Below are positions 7,632 to 17,131 of a stretch of DNA of 64,000 bases, piece by piece. Where the stretch lies: assembly GCA_963677155.1 (NCBI GenBank), contig OY781884.1, forward strand, positions 2,060,134-2,124,133, read 5' to 3'. This DNA comes from an uncultured Draconibacterium sp. (GTDB taxonomy: Bacteria > Bacteroidota > Bacteroidia > Bacteroidales > Prolixibacteraceae). Below the pieces are notes generated by a model, which worked only from the letters and a program-made list of their open reading frames with translations, was not told the DNA's origin and did not search any database. The position numbers and the translations under genes were made by a program. The number at the start of each line of letters is the position of its first letter. The first letter of the stretch is position 1.

Positions 7632-10013
7632 CTAATACAAGTTTCCTATTTTTATCCCAAAATAAATAGTTCTTGGAGATAAGGGGCCATACACATACGA
7701 TGGGTCACGATCTTCTCCCAAATCAAAATCTTCCTGGTAACTGTTAAAAATGTTTTTCACTCCGCCGTTCAACTCCACTTCCATGTAATCCGACAAGCGG
7801 AAATGGTAACAAAGTTTTATTCCTGTATCAAAAAACGAATTACTTTCCCTGAGTTCTCCTTTCTTAGGTTCTCCTTCCTTAGGTTTTTCAATGGTAGGTC
7901 CAAAATAAGGTACCAACATTTTCCCGGTATAATTTCCGGTAAATGCAATATCGAATACAGGTGTTGGACTAATATTTGCACTAAGATAACCGTAGGTATT
8001 GGGCGTTCTGAAAAAGCGTTTTTCGCTAAATTCCTGTTCGGACTTATACTCACTTTTCTGAACGGTAAACCCCGACTGAAGCTGGAATTTCTGCGATGGC
8101 GACGCATTCAGTTCAATATTCATTCCCTTCACGTCGGCACCGTCTTCGGCATTTACACGGGTATAGACAACGACTCTGTTTTCGTCATCTCCGTATTCAT
8201 TTGCAAACGGATCGATTAACTGGGTGTAAAATCCTTCGACCAACAACTGGTATTGCCAATTGCCAATTTCATTCGAATAATCAAGCGATGCTGTAAAACT
8301 GTTTGACGATTCCTGTTTCAGATTCGGGTCATTCTCATGAAGCACCAGACGTGCACTTGATGCTTCGATATGAAGGTCTTCATCAAAAATCTGCGGAGCA
8401 CGGAAACCACGGCCAAAACTACTTCTGAATTGCAGGTGTTCAAAAATATTGTACAGCAAACTCACACGCGGACTTAAAACATTTCCACTCACATCATCGT
8501 TGTTTTGTATTTTTTCCTCGATGTTGTAATGATCATAGCGCAAACCGGCACTAAAAACCACTTTCTCGGTTTTCCACTCCGATTGTACAAACGCGCCATA
8601 GTTGGTCATTCTCTGATCGGCAATTTGAGTATTTCCGTGTTGCACATCTTTTGCACGATCGTAATACCCCAGTTTTTCGTCTTCTAATGAACTACCATTT
8701 GTCTCAATTCCAGAAGTAATTGTTGCCGGAGAAAACAGCAGATAGTCAATATTTCGAATGTATTGCAAACCAGCAGCATAAGTCAAATCCTCGGTGTGTC
8801 CGTATGCTGATAGATCTCGTTTGGCTCCATAATACGAATCACGGTCAACCCCCTGCATTGATACAAATGCCGAGAATTTATCGTTATCGCGAAGCAGCAA
8901 ATCAAAATTCAGAGCTCCCGAATTTATTTGGTGCTGAACGCTTTCAGAAATATCCGACTCGTGCAGTGGAAGATAGAACTTATTTCCACCACGTCGGTCT
9001 TCGTTTATATTGAAATAATCGATAGTAACTTTTCCACGGTTTGCTACACGCTGGTATAAACGAGCCCCGATTGTGGTATTGTTAATTCTTGACAATTCCG
9101 AGAATCCGTCGCCATTGGCATCAAACGGATCGCGTTTTCGGTGAAACCCAAAAATACTCATCCCTGTTTTATAATCGTCGGTTACAAACGAGCCATTAAT
9201 ATTAATATTATAATCGCTGGCTGCATCGTAGCCCTCTCCTACTCCCACAAAACTATTATTTACCGAGGTTTCGAAACTGTTCATTACCGGATCTTTTGTA
9301 ATTAGATTAATGGTTCCGGCAATGGCATTACTTCCGTACATGGATGATCCGCCACCACGAATTACCTCCACCCGTTCAATCATATTAGCAGGGATCAGCT
9401 CCAGTCCATAAACACCAGCCAATCCGCTAAAAACCGGGCGCGAATTAATAAGAATTTGTGAATAGGGTCCTTCCAGCCCATTCATTCGTACCTGCGAAAA
9501 ACCACAGTTCTGGCAGTTGTTCTCCATTCGCAATCCGGGCGAAAAATTCAGTCCTTCGCCTAGCGTAACACTCTGTACCCGTTCAAATAATTTTGGGTTG
9601 ATGCTGTTCACAATGGTTGGCGTTTCTCTCCGGCTTTTGGCATTTCTGTCGGCCGAAACCACAACCTGTTCAATTCCGATATTATCAGGCTTAAGTTCGG
9701 CCAAAATAGTAACACTTTTTTTAGCTTCCATTTTCACCTCTTTCTCCATTGGCTGATAGCCAATTGCCGATATTACAACCACTTGTTTTCCAAGTGGCAA
9801 ATTTGTCATTTTAAAATGACCGGTGGCATCGGCAGCCGTTCCAATGGTAGTTCCTTTAATGGTTATTGTTGCAAACGGAATATGTTCTTCGCCCGATTTT
9901 ACATCGCCAAAAAGCATGGCATCAGTCTTGTCTTTTTTATCGTCGTTGAGCCCTTCTGCCCAGGCAATCTGACATGAAATGAATAGCAATAAAATTGCAT
10001 ATATGGATTTCAT
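7632..10013 (-). CDS. TonB-dependent receptor (CarboxypepD_reg-like + plug + barrel), probable metal/cofactor uptake
   Basis: Signal peptide; plug ENNCQNCGFSQVRMNGL...IERVEVIRGGGSSMYG; C-terminal PRTIYFGIK. Confidence 0.93.
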   Translation of the reverse strand: MKSIYAILLLFISCQIAWAEGLNDDKKDKTDAMLFGDVKSGEEHIPFATITIKGTTIGTAADATGHFKMTNLPLGKQVVVISAIGYQPMEKEVKMEAKKSVTILAELKPDNIGIEQVVVSADRNAKSRRETPTIVNSINPKLFERVQSVTLGEGLNFSPGLRMENNCQNCGFSQVRMNGLEGPYSQILINSRPVFSGLAGVYGLELIPANMIERVEVIRGGGSSMYGSNAIAGTINLITKDPVMNSFETSVNNSFVGVGEGYDAASDYNININGSFVTDDYKTGMSIFGFHRKRDPFDANGDGFSELSRINNTTIGARLYQRVANRGKVTIDYFNINEDRRGGNKFYLPLHESDISESVQHQINSGALNFDLLLRDNDKFSAFVSMQGVDRDSYYGAKRDLSAYGHTEDLTYAAGLQYIRNIDYLLFSPATITSGIETNGSSLEDEKLGYYDRAKDVQHGNTQIADQRMTNYGAFVQSEWKTEKVVFSAGLRYDHYNIEEKIQNNDDVSGNVLSPRVSLLYNIFEHLQFRSSFGRGFRAPQIFDEDLHIEASSARLVLHENDPNLKQESSNSFTASLDYSNEIGNWQYQLLVEGFYTQLIDPFANEYGDDENRVVVYTRVNAEDGADVKGMNIELNASPSQKFQLQSGFTVQKSEYKSEQEFSEKRFFRTPNTYGYLSANISPTPVFDIAFTGNYTGKMLVPYFGPTIEKPKEGEPKKGELRESNSFFDTGIKLCYHFRLSDYMEVELNGGVKNIFNSYQEDFDLGEDRDPSYVYGPLSPRTIYFGIKIGNLY

Positions 10014-10184
10014 AATTTCTATATAATAATCTTATTTTCAAACTACTAAATATGTCTTTTTTTAAATAGCGGGAATACGCCGCCTTAGCCATCGTTAAAA
10101 CACAGCACAGATGAAAGACAAACCACCTGAACGGTGACGACTAATTTGTTGCAAATAATGCAACACCAAATAAGTATTTGAAAA

Positions 10185-10538
10185 TTATACAGGCGGTGCC
10201 CGCGGAATGATGTGCAACGAAACCGGAATTGCTACTTCCTGTTCATCAAGAATAAGGTAATCAATGTGAGTGGCAGGAATTTCGAAGTCGAATTCAACAA
10301 AATCCGGAGTTTCATACAGACCAAAATGAAGTGAAGCATAAAGATTAATTTCCCGTTGCGAGTGCTTATGATTGTTATTGGGGCCGTCCGAACGGGATAT
10401 TGGATGCGAATGAGTAACAACAATACCATTTGCATAAACATGGGTATGCTCATTTTGTATTGAATTTTGAACGATGTACAGATACACCGGAAGAATCAGT
10501 ACAAAAAGAAAATTGGTATGTTTTCTTATTAAATTCAC
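10185..10538 (-). CDS. His-rich membrane/secreted small protein ending in RAPP; candidate leader/arrest peptide
   Basis: GTG start; hydrophobic N-terminus; HTH, HSH and HKH motifs; C-terminus IPRAPPV; 171 bp upstream of the receptor on the same strand. Confidence 0.8.
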   Translation of the reverse strand: MNLIRKHTNFLFVLILPVYLYIVQNSIQNEHTHVYANGIVVTHSHPISRSDGPNNNHKHSQREINLYASLHFGLYETPDFVEFDFEIPATHIDYLILDEQEVAIPVSLHIIPRAPPV

Positions 10539-10557
10539 TCTATTAATTTAGAGCGAG

Positions 10558-10565
10558 CAAAATTA
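10558..10565 (-). promoter_or_regulatory. Bacteroidota sigma-A -7 element (TAatTTTG)
   Basis: Exact TAnnTTTG match about 20 nt upstream of the GTG at 10538. Confidence 0.55.
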
Positions 10566-10620
10566 AGAACCTTTCTAAATAAAGAACAGAACAATTGCTA
10601 TTTTTGCATTTTATTTAACA

Positions 10621-11004
10621 ATGGCAAGACGCAGACCAACATTTAAAATCTACAGTTACGGCGAGTACTCGAAATGGGATCGGGCAAGCAGGGATATTCC
10701 GAAGATATTGGATTTTACCACAGAAATTAAAGCTGAGATAGGAACGGAGTTTGGCTACGTGTTGCACATTAAAAATGGCAAGGGAGAGAAAGTCGATTTT
10801 CAGATCGATCATCCGCCATTTAAAGATGAAGAGGGGAATGTAAGACCTCCGTTTACAGGCGAACAATTTATCAGAACTAATGATTTTGAGTTTTATTTGG
10901 GCGATTGCATTTGGGAACCACTTGACGACAAGTTGGGAAAATGGGAGCTAACCACCTGGTATAAAGGCAAAGTGGTTGCTCACAAAATTTTCATGTTGAT
11001 CTAA
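10621..11004 (+). CDS. DUF3859 domain protein
   Basis: YSYGEYSKWD, EFGYVLHIK, HPPFKD, FYLGDCIWEP resemble the DUF3859 family. Confidence 0.75.
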   Translation: MARRRPTFKIYSYGEYSKWDRASRDIPKILDFTTEIKAEIGTEFGYVLHIKNGKGEKVDFQIDHPPFKDEEGNVRPPFTGEQFIRTNDFEFYLGDCIWEPLDDKLGKWELTTWYKGKVVAHKIFMLI

Positions 11005-11009
11005 TCTAA

Positions 11010-11306
11010 CTACTTGGCTACTTTTTTCACCTCGGCCGACAATCTTTCCAAAGCGGCATCGGCAGCAGCCAACATATCCTGCACGACCTTCTTGTAATAC
11101 GCTTTAATCAGTTTCGGATTATCTTTTCCATCAGGATGAATAGCACGCAAACGCAATTCGCTATGACTTTTTACAATATCGCCGGCAATTTCGTATACCG
11201 CTTTTTCATCTACTTCGTTGTTATATTCCATTACGTAAAAACAATCGCTTAAAGCCATTGACATAATCAAATCAATATCTTTTTTAAGGTCTCTTACACT
11301 TGCCAT
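11010..11306 (-). CDS. Conserved Bacteroidota hypothetical protein, 98 aa, helical
   Basis: MASVRDLKKDID start typical of a small conserved Bacteroidota family; clean ORF. Confidence 0.75.
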   Translation of the reverse strand: MASVRDLKKDIDLIMSMALSDCFYVMEYNNEVDEKAVYEIAGDIVKSHSELRLRAIHPDGKDNPKLIKAYYKKVVQDMLAAADAALERLSAEVKKVAK

Positions 11307-11365
11307 AATTATATTAATAAAGTTTATTAAAGGTAAAAAATTTAACCGAAATGCAGCTGTTCTGC

Positions 11366-13321
11366 TTATCTCCGTTGAAAACCACCGGTAACGCTGTTTC
11401 CCGGTCGGATCATACTATTATTTCGTTGCTCTTCCTCTTCTTTTTGTTGTTTCTCCAGTGCTTCTTTCCGCTTCCGTTCTTCTTCTTCCTTATCGCGAAC
11501 ATTTTTGCTGAAAAGCGGATCGGGCGTTAAATCCCAGCTGTGACTTTCGCTCCAGTTCGAGCGCAATTTAATCACTTCCTGTACATAGGCCACACGTTCG
11601 GGCTGCACTTTGTCCTGAAAACTTCCGGCATCCCATTTGCCGTTTCCATTGGCATCGTAAATTACTTTTACTTTGTACTTCTTGGGCGCCAGATATTCAA
11701 ACAACACCGCGCCATTTTCGGTAAAGGATTTTTGACGCAACACCTCCTCTTCCTCGTTATTTTTCAGAATCTGTACAACCATCGGCATCTTAACATTCGA
11801 GAAATCAAATTCCAGACTTCCGTAATAATCTTCTTCGCGTGTTTTAAAACTTTTAGAATAGGCCTTGCTGGTAATTCCAAAAATATTTACGCATGCTGCC
11901 GAGTCGATTTCGATGCTGTATTCTGTTTGTGGCTCCCAATCGTAATGAATCGAGTAACTGCGGTATTCCGTAGTGTCCTCTTTTACATTTATAGGCAGGG
12001 CAGTTTTTAATGTATCAGTCGTATGGTACATCTTCACCATCGAAGTATTAAAGCTTTCAACAGGTTCGGGCGAAACAAAGCGAATCACTCCATTCAGCTC
12101 CATGGTCGATGGCAGATCGGTTTGCCAGCTAAACTGTGGTATTGGTTCCGGCTTCGCATCTCCTTCATCATCATCTTCTTTTCCTCGTTTTCGTCTCTTC
12201 TTCTCCGGTTCCACCTTGGGGTCGGCATAATGCATTAAAACCGTGTCGTTTTGTACGTAGGGCATCCCGGCTGAATCCAGCTGCGTATAGCATAACTGCA
12301 TATAAAGCGAGTCGTAGCGCGAAATCATTGTATCAGTTATCCACATCAGTACCGAATCTTTTTTCTGCCCATATTCAAAAAGTTGCCAGTCACTTGTTGC
12401 TTCATGATCAATAAGGTTTACAGAAAACGTATCGGCAATCGATTCGTTGAACTCGAACAAACATTTATTCCGACTCGGGCGTTCGGTCGATTCAACATAC
12501 TGCTCAAAAACATCTTCCATCGCATAGCGCATATAAAACGGCTCGGGAGAAAAATGTGTATGCCCCAATACCAGCATTGAATCAACGCCGCTAACCACTG
12601 TGTCAGCTTCAGCATGAAAATGCGCTTCAGGAATTACCAATGTATCCAGAAAGGCAATTTCCTCTGCTCCTTCGTTATACATCAAATCGTTGTTCATGTC
12701 GTTAATGGCAAACAAATTATAAGTTCCTGCAGCAATATTATCGATCATAAACAAACCGTCCTCATCAGTTTTTGCAATGTAATCGGGGCGCACCCTGAAC
12801 ACGGCTGAATCGTGTAGATTTGAATGTAATACCAACAACGAACCATCTTCATTTGGCTCAAGATTAAAGGCATTTATTACGCGCCCAGCCACCCGCAACG
12901 AATCGTATTCGGGCCCGGTGCTAAACGAAAAACGCAGGTTTTTAAGCGGGTTTTGCTCGTTATTATCTACAATCGAATTTTTAAAATCGAGCGAATAGGT
13001 AACGCTGTCCTTTAAATCCTCGTTGAATTCTACGATCAGGGTCTTCGATTTGGTTTTTATCAACGGACGCTTCTCCAAAGGAGGCGAAATTACCAGTTGC
13101 TCCGATATTTTGTCCGTTTGCAAATATTCGTTGAATGTAAATCTAACATTGTCTTTATCAAAATTCAATGCGCGGTATTCCGGGCTGGTTTCCAGCAAAA
13201 CCGGCGGCACCGAGTCGCGTGGTCCTCCGGCTGGCATCCCCATATTGGCGCACGATGAAATAATGACAACCCAGGCCATCATTGCAACAATAAAAAACGG
13301 TAGTTTTCCCTTTAACTTCAT
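11366..13321 (-). CDS. Ig-like domain lipoprotein
   Basis: Lipobox ISSC; CANMGMPAGGPRDSVPP; FNEYLQ; C-terminal DANGNGKWDAG. Confidence 0.88.
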   Translation of the reverse strand: MKLKGKLPFFIVAMMAWVVIISSCANMGMPAGGPRDSVPPVLLETSPEYRALNFDKDNVRFTFNEYLQTDKISEQLVISPPLEKRPLIKTKSKTLIVEFNEDLKDSVTYSLDFKNSIVDNNEQNPLKNLRFSFSTGPEYDSLRVAGRVINAFNLEPNEDGSLLVLHSNLHDSAVFRVRPDYIAKTDEDGLFMIDNIAAGTYNLFAINDMNNDLMYNEGAEEIAFLDTLVIPEAHFHAEADTVVSGVDSMLVLGHTHFSPEPFYMRYAMEDVFEQYVESTERPSRNKCLFEFNESIADTFSVNLIDHEATSDWQLFEYGQKKDSVLMWITDTMISRYDSLYMQLCYTQLDSAGMPYVQNDTVLMHYADPKVEPEKKRRKRGKEDDDEGDAKPEPIPQFSWQTDLPSTMELNGVIRFVSPEPVESFNTSMVKMYHTTDTLKTALPINVKEDTTEYRSYSIHYDWEPQTEYSIEIDSAACVNIFGITSKAYSKSFKTREEDYYGSLEFDFSNVKMPMVVQILKNNEEEEVLRQKSFTENGAVLFEYLAPKKYKVKVIYDANGNGKWDAGSFQDKVQPERVAYVQEVIKLRSNWSESHSWDLTPDPLFSKNVRDKEEEERKRKEALEKQQKEEEEQRNNSMIRPGNSVTGGFQRR

Positions 13322-13452
13322 AGGCTTAAAATCTCTGCTTTCAAGGCGTTCGGAGGCAAAATACCGAACCCTTAAAAGGGTTTACAAACATACAAATTCC
13401 TGTAAATATAGGAGGTGCCAAGTTGTTAAATATTCAGAAATAAGCATATGGA

Positions 13453-13658
13453 AACCTGAGTTCGATTTTAAAATGTTTTCACCGAAAGTCATAAATGCAA
13501 AAATGGAGCGAGAAGAACTTTCCTGATAGGCTTTGCTCTTTTTGCCATAAACTTCCCCCAATCTCCTCGTATTATCCCCGATAGTAGTTCGAAAACCGGT
13601 GAAAGTTTCTGTCTAAAAATAGCTAAAGCTGTGTATCATTTTAAAGCGAACTCAGGTT
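13453..13658. mobile_element. 206-bp non-coding segment with ~22-bp terminal inverted repeats (MITE-like or invertible)
   Basis: AACCTGAGTTCGATTTTAAAATG (13453-13475) pairs with CATTTTAAAGCGAACTCAGGTT (13637-13658); no ORF and no clear target duplication. Confidence 0.5.
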
Positions 13659-13747
13659 CGAAGTTTTGATATTGTTCGCAACTTCCGCATTTATTATTGA
13701 AACATGAATAATAATTATTTTAACTTGCTTGTAATAATTAAAACAAC

Positions 13748-15910
13748 ATGGGAAGAAAGAAAAAGAATAAGCTGCCCAAAAAGAAACGCGGCGGCACATA
13801 CAACAAGAAAAAACTAAAAAACGCCATACTTTCAACGCTTTACGAAAACCCCGGCAAGACAGTTAATTACCGCCAGATATCAGGCTCGTTGAGTATCAAA
13901 GACCCGGAAACACGCAAATTGATTAACGTTGCTCTTCAGGAATTGGCCGACGATGGTTACGTTGATCAGATATCGCGGGGAAAATTTAAACTGAAAGCAC
14001 GCACCGGAAAAGTTACGGGTATTATTGAAATGCAGCCACAGGGTTTTGCCTACGTCATTAGCGACGAGTTGGAGCAACCGGCTGTTGTCTCATCGCGAAA
14101 CCTAAACCACGCCATGGAAGGCGACAAAGTACGAATCCATGTTTATGCTCGTAGAAAGAAACACGATCTGGAAGGCGAAGTAACCGAGATACTGGAACGG
14201 GCAAAAACAATATTTGTAGGAACAGTACAAACCACCAAAAATTTCGCTTTTTTAATTCCTTCAGGGAAAGTTGGGTTTGATATTTTTATTCCGAAAGAAA
14301 AACTAAACGGGGCAAAAGACGGGCAAAAAGCCATTGCCGAAATTAAAGACTGGCCACAAAATGCGCGTAGCCCCTTTGGCGAAATTATTGAAGTACTGGG
14401 CGATACCGGCGATAACGATGCTGAAATGCACGCTATTCTGGCAGAGTTTGAACTGCCACACAAATTCCCGAAAAATGTAGATAAGGCTGCTGAAAAAATT
14501 CCGCTGGAAATTCCGAAAGAAGAGATTAAAAAGCGGCGTGATATGCGCAAAACCACCACATTTACCATCGACCCGGCTGACGCTAAAGATTTTGATGATG
14601 CATTGTCGTTGAAAAAACTTGACAACGGAAACTGGGAAGTTGGTGTACACATTGCCGATGTTACGCATTACGTGCGGCCAAATACCATTATTGAAAACGA
14701 GGCACAAGACCGCGCTACATCTGTTTACCTGGTCGACAGGGTAGTTCCAATGCTTCCCGAGCGCTTATCGAACGGTGTTTGTTCGCTTCGTCCAAACGAG
14801 GATAAATTGTGTTTTTCTGCCGTTTTTGAAATTACCGATGATGCAAAAGTGAAAAAACAGTGGTTTGGAAAAACAGCCATCCACTCCGACCGGCGATTTA
14901 CCTACGAAGAAGCGCAAAAGATTATAGAAACTGGTGAGGGCGATTTTTCGGAAGAAGTGCTAAAACTCAACGAACTGTCGATAAAATTGCGCGACGAGCG
15001 TTTCAATAGCGGATCGATTGCTTTTGAACGCGTAGAAATGAAATTTGATATTGATGAGAAAGGAAAACCAGTCTCTGTATCGTTTAAAGAATCGAAAGAA
15101 TCGAACCACCTGATTGAGGAATTTATGTTGCTGGCTAACAAAAAAGTAGCTGAATTTATTGGCAAAGTTCCGGAAAAGAAAACACCAAAAACCTTTGTTT
15201 ACCGTATTCACGACAAACCCGATCCAGACAAACTTTCGTCGTTCAACACGTTTATCAAACGCTTTGGTCACGGCATTCAAATGTCTACTCCACGTGCCAT
15301 TTCTACTTCGCTAAATAAATTACTTACCGAAGTAAAAGGCAAAAACGAGCAAAATGTGGTAGAAACGCTGGCCATCCGAACAATGGCAAAAGCAGCGTAT
15401 TCAACCCGAAACATTGGACACTACGGACTGTCGTTTGATTATTATACACACTTTACCTCGCCAATCAGGCGCTACCCTGATATGATGGTGCACCGCCTGC
15501 TGGAAAAATACTTAGACGGAGCACGCTCGGTTAATGAGCAAAAATACGAGGGGCTTTGTAAACACTCGTCCGACATGGAAGCCAAAGCAGCCAATGCCGA
15601 ACGCGCGTCGATAAAGTATAAGCAAGTGGAGTTTATGCAAGATCATATTGGCAAAACATATCCGGGAACGATTTCGGGTGTTACCGATTGGGGAATTTAC
15701 GTGGAGCTGGAAAATAAAATTGAAGGCATGATTCCGATTGCACAAATGGATGATGATTTTTATATTTTCGATGAAAAAAATTATGCGCTCGTGGGTCGTC
15801 ATTCGCATAAAAGTTTTCAGTTAGGCGAAAAAATAAATGTACGTGTCTGGCGCACCAATCTTGAAAGGAAACAGCTTGACTTCAGACTGGCAGAGCAGGA
15901 GAAAGGCTAG
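13748..15910 (+). CDS. rnr: Ribonuclease R
   Basis: Cold-shock/OB domains, RNB motifs FTIDPADAKDFDDALS and HFTSPIRRYPD, C-terminal S1 domain. Confidence 0.97.
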   Translation: MGRKKKNKLPKKKRGGTYNKKKLKNAILSTLYENPGKTVNYRQISGSLSIKDPETRKLINVALQELADDGYVDQISRGKFKLKARTGKVTGIIEMQPQGFAYVISDELEQPAVVSSRNLNHAMEGDKVRIHVYARRKKHDLEGEVTEILERAKTIFVGTVQTTKNFAFLIPSGKVGFDIFIPKEKLNGAKDGQKAIAEIKDWPQNARSPFGEIIEVLGDTGDNDAEMHAILAEFELPHKFPKNVDKAAEKIPLEIPKEEIKKRRDMRKTTTFTIDPADAKDFDDALSLKKLDNGNWEVGVHIADVTHYVRPNTIIENEAQDRATSVYLVDRVVPMLPERLSNGVCSLRPNEDKLCFSAVFEITDDAKVKKQWFGKTAIHSDRRFTYEEAQKIIETGEGDFSEEVLKLNELSIKLRDERFNSGSIAFERVEMKFDIDEKGKPVSVSFKESKESNHLIEEFMLLANKKVAEFIGKVPEKKTPKTFVYRIHDKPDPDKLSSFNTFIKRFGHGIQMSTPRAISTSLNKLLTEVKGKNEQNVVETLAIRTMAKAAYSTRNIGHYGLSFDYYTHFTSPIRRYPDMMVHRLLEKYLDGARSVNEQKYEGLCKHSSDMEAKAANAERASIKYKQVEFMQDHIGKTYPGTISGVTDWGIYVELENKIEGMIPIAQMDDDFYIFDEKNYALVGRHSHKSFQLGEKINVRVWRTNLERKQLDFRLAEQEKG

Positions 15911-16070
15911 GTATTCGAATATTATTAAAACAAATTTCAGTCAATTTAGGGCATTCAATCAACGAAAACGATTATCGTCTGCAAGAGTAAAATGTTCTAA
16001 AAAATAATAATGGCTAAAATAAATAGTTATATTTGGCGAAGTTTTAACACAGACAAAAACATTTCAATTC

Positions 16071-16673
16071 ATGCAAAATTCAACGGAAACTGCGAATAAA
16101 AAGGATGTAAACAGGGAAAATATCCTGAAGATTGCCCGTGAAATTTTCAGCAAATACGGCTACAAAAAAACCACACTCGACGACATTGCCAATGCCGTTC
16201 GCAAAGGGAAAAGCTCGCTTTACTACTACTTTAAAAGTAAAGAAGATCTTTTTCAAGCAGTCATTATGAAAGAGGTTGATATTTTGGCTTACGAACTTGA
16301 GATTGTAATTAACAGAAACACCGATCCGGTGGACAAATTGCGCGATTACATTTTAACTAAAATGGCTACATTCCGCAATCTGGCAAATTTCTATCATGCC
16401 ATTGAAAACGATGTTACCGCTGTTGGATTTATCGACGAGGTAAAAATAAAATACGAGCAAGACGAAATCCGGATGATTAAACGAATACTGATAGAAGGTG
16501 TTCGGAAAAATGAATTTGAAATTTACGACTTTAACCTCGCTGCCATTGGTATTACCACCGCCATTAAAGGATTGGAAATGCCACTTGCCGCAGGAAACTA
16601 CAGCGATGTAAATCTGGAACGAAGCGTTGATATTATTCTTAAAATTATGTGCTACGGAATAATGAAAAGGTAG
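16071..16673 (+). CDS. TetR/AcrR family transcriptional regulator
   Basis: FSKYGYKKTTLDDIANAVRKGKSSLYYYFKSKEDLF HTH. Confidence 0.93.
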   Translation: MQNSTETANKKDVNRENILKIAREIFSKYGYKKTTLDDIANAVRKGKSSLYYYFKSKEDLFQAVIMKEVDILAYELEIVINRNTDPVDKLRDYILTKMATFRNLANFYHAIENDVTAVGFIDEVKIKYEQDEIRMIKRILIEGVRKNEFEIYDFNLAAIGITTAIKGLEMPLAAGNYSDVNLERSVDIILKIMCYGIMKR

Positions 16674-16696
16674 TTCTCAATCAAAAAAAACGATAC

Positions 16697-16730
16697 AAAG
16701 GCTGTTGGAGTAATCCGGCAGCCTTTTTTA
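16697..16730 (+). terminator. Terminator after the TetR gene
   Basis: AAAGGCTGTTGGA-GTAA-TCCGGCAGCCTTT stem followed by a T-run. Confidence 0.75.
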
Positions 16731-16799
16731 TTTCAAAGATTGTCTTGTCCAAAAACAGTGTTACACAAAAAGTAACGCGATGAAAGAAAGAGACGAATA

Positions 16800-16942
16800 A
16801 AAAAAGAAAAGGCTGCCCTTCTGACAGCCTTTTTAACCTAAACCAACTAAACCTAATAAACCACAAACTTGCCAGAACGACAAGCCTGGTGTTTCTCTTA
16901 AATATCGTTTATTTTTTACTTCGTATATCTGGCACAAAGATA
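16800..16942 (-). ncRNA. Candidate small RNA, about 130 nt
   Basis: TAtcTTTG box (16935-16942), GT-rich body, and a terminator AAAAGGCTG...CAGCCTTTT with U-tail; no ORF. Confidence 0.45.
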
Positions 16943-17131
16943 TTATTTTTTTTTAGTTGAAAGACTCACACAGTAAATTCTACCCTTTTCGTTTCCCACA
17001 AGATAACATTCTCTTATTTTTGTGTCCAACAATGTGTTTATTATGAAACGAGCATCTAAATCCAACACGCCAAAATTCAACAATCAGGTTCGGATACCAT
17101 ACGATGCCGTAAAACAATTAATTACAATCGT

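Noticed and set aside
10014-10620. Cobalamin or TPP riboswitch upstream of the TonB receptor
   Set aside because: The conserved cores (GGGAA/GCCACTG for B12; GCTGAGA for TPP) were not found, and the space is occupied by the RAPP ORF.
13023-13526. 167-aa + strand ORF spanning the lipoprotein start and the IR element
   Set aside because: Two-thirds is antisense to a real gene and there is no motif; it is not a transposase fragment I can recognise.
13453-13658. 6S RNA interpretation of the long fold-back
   Set aside because: The pairing gives very asymmetric internal loops rather than a rod with a central bubble. It is not excluded without an Rfam search, but it is unsupported.
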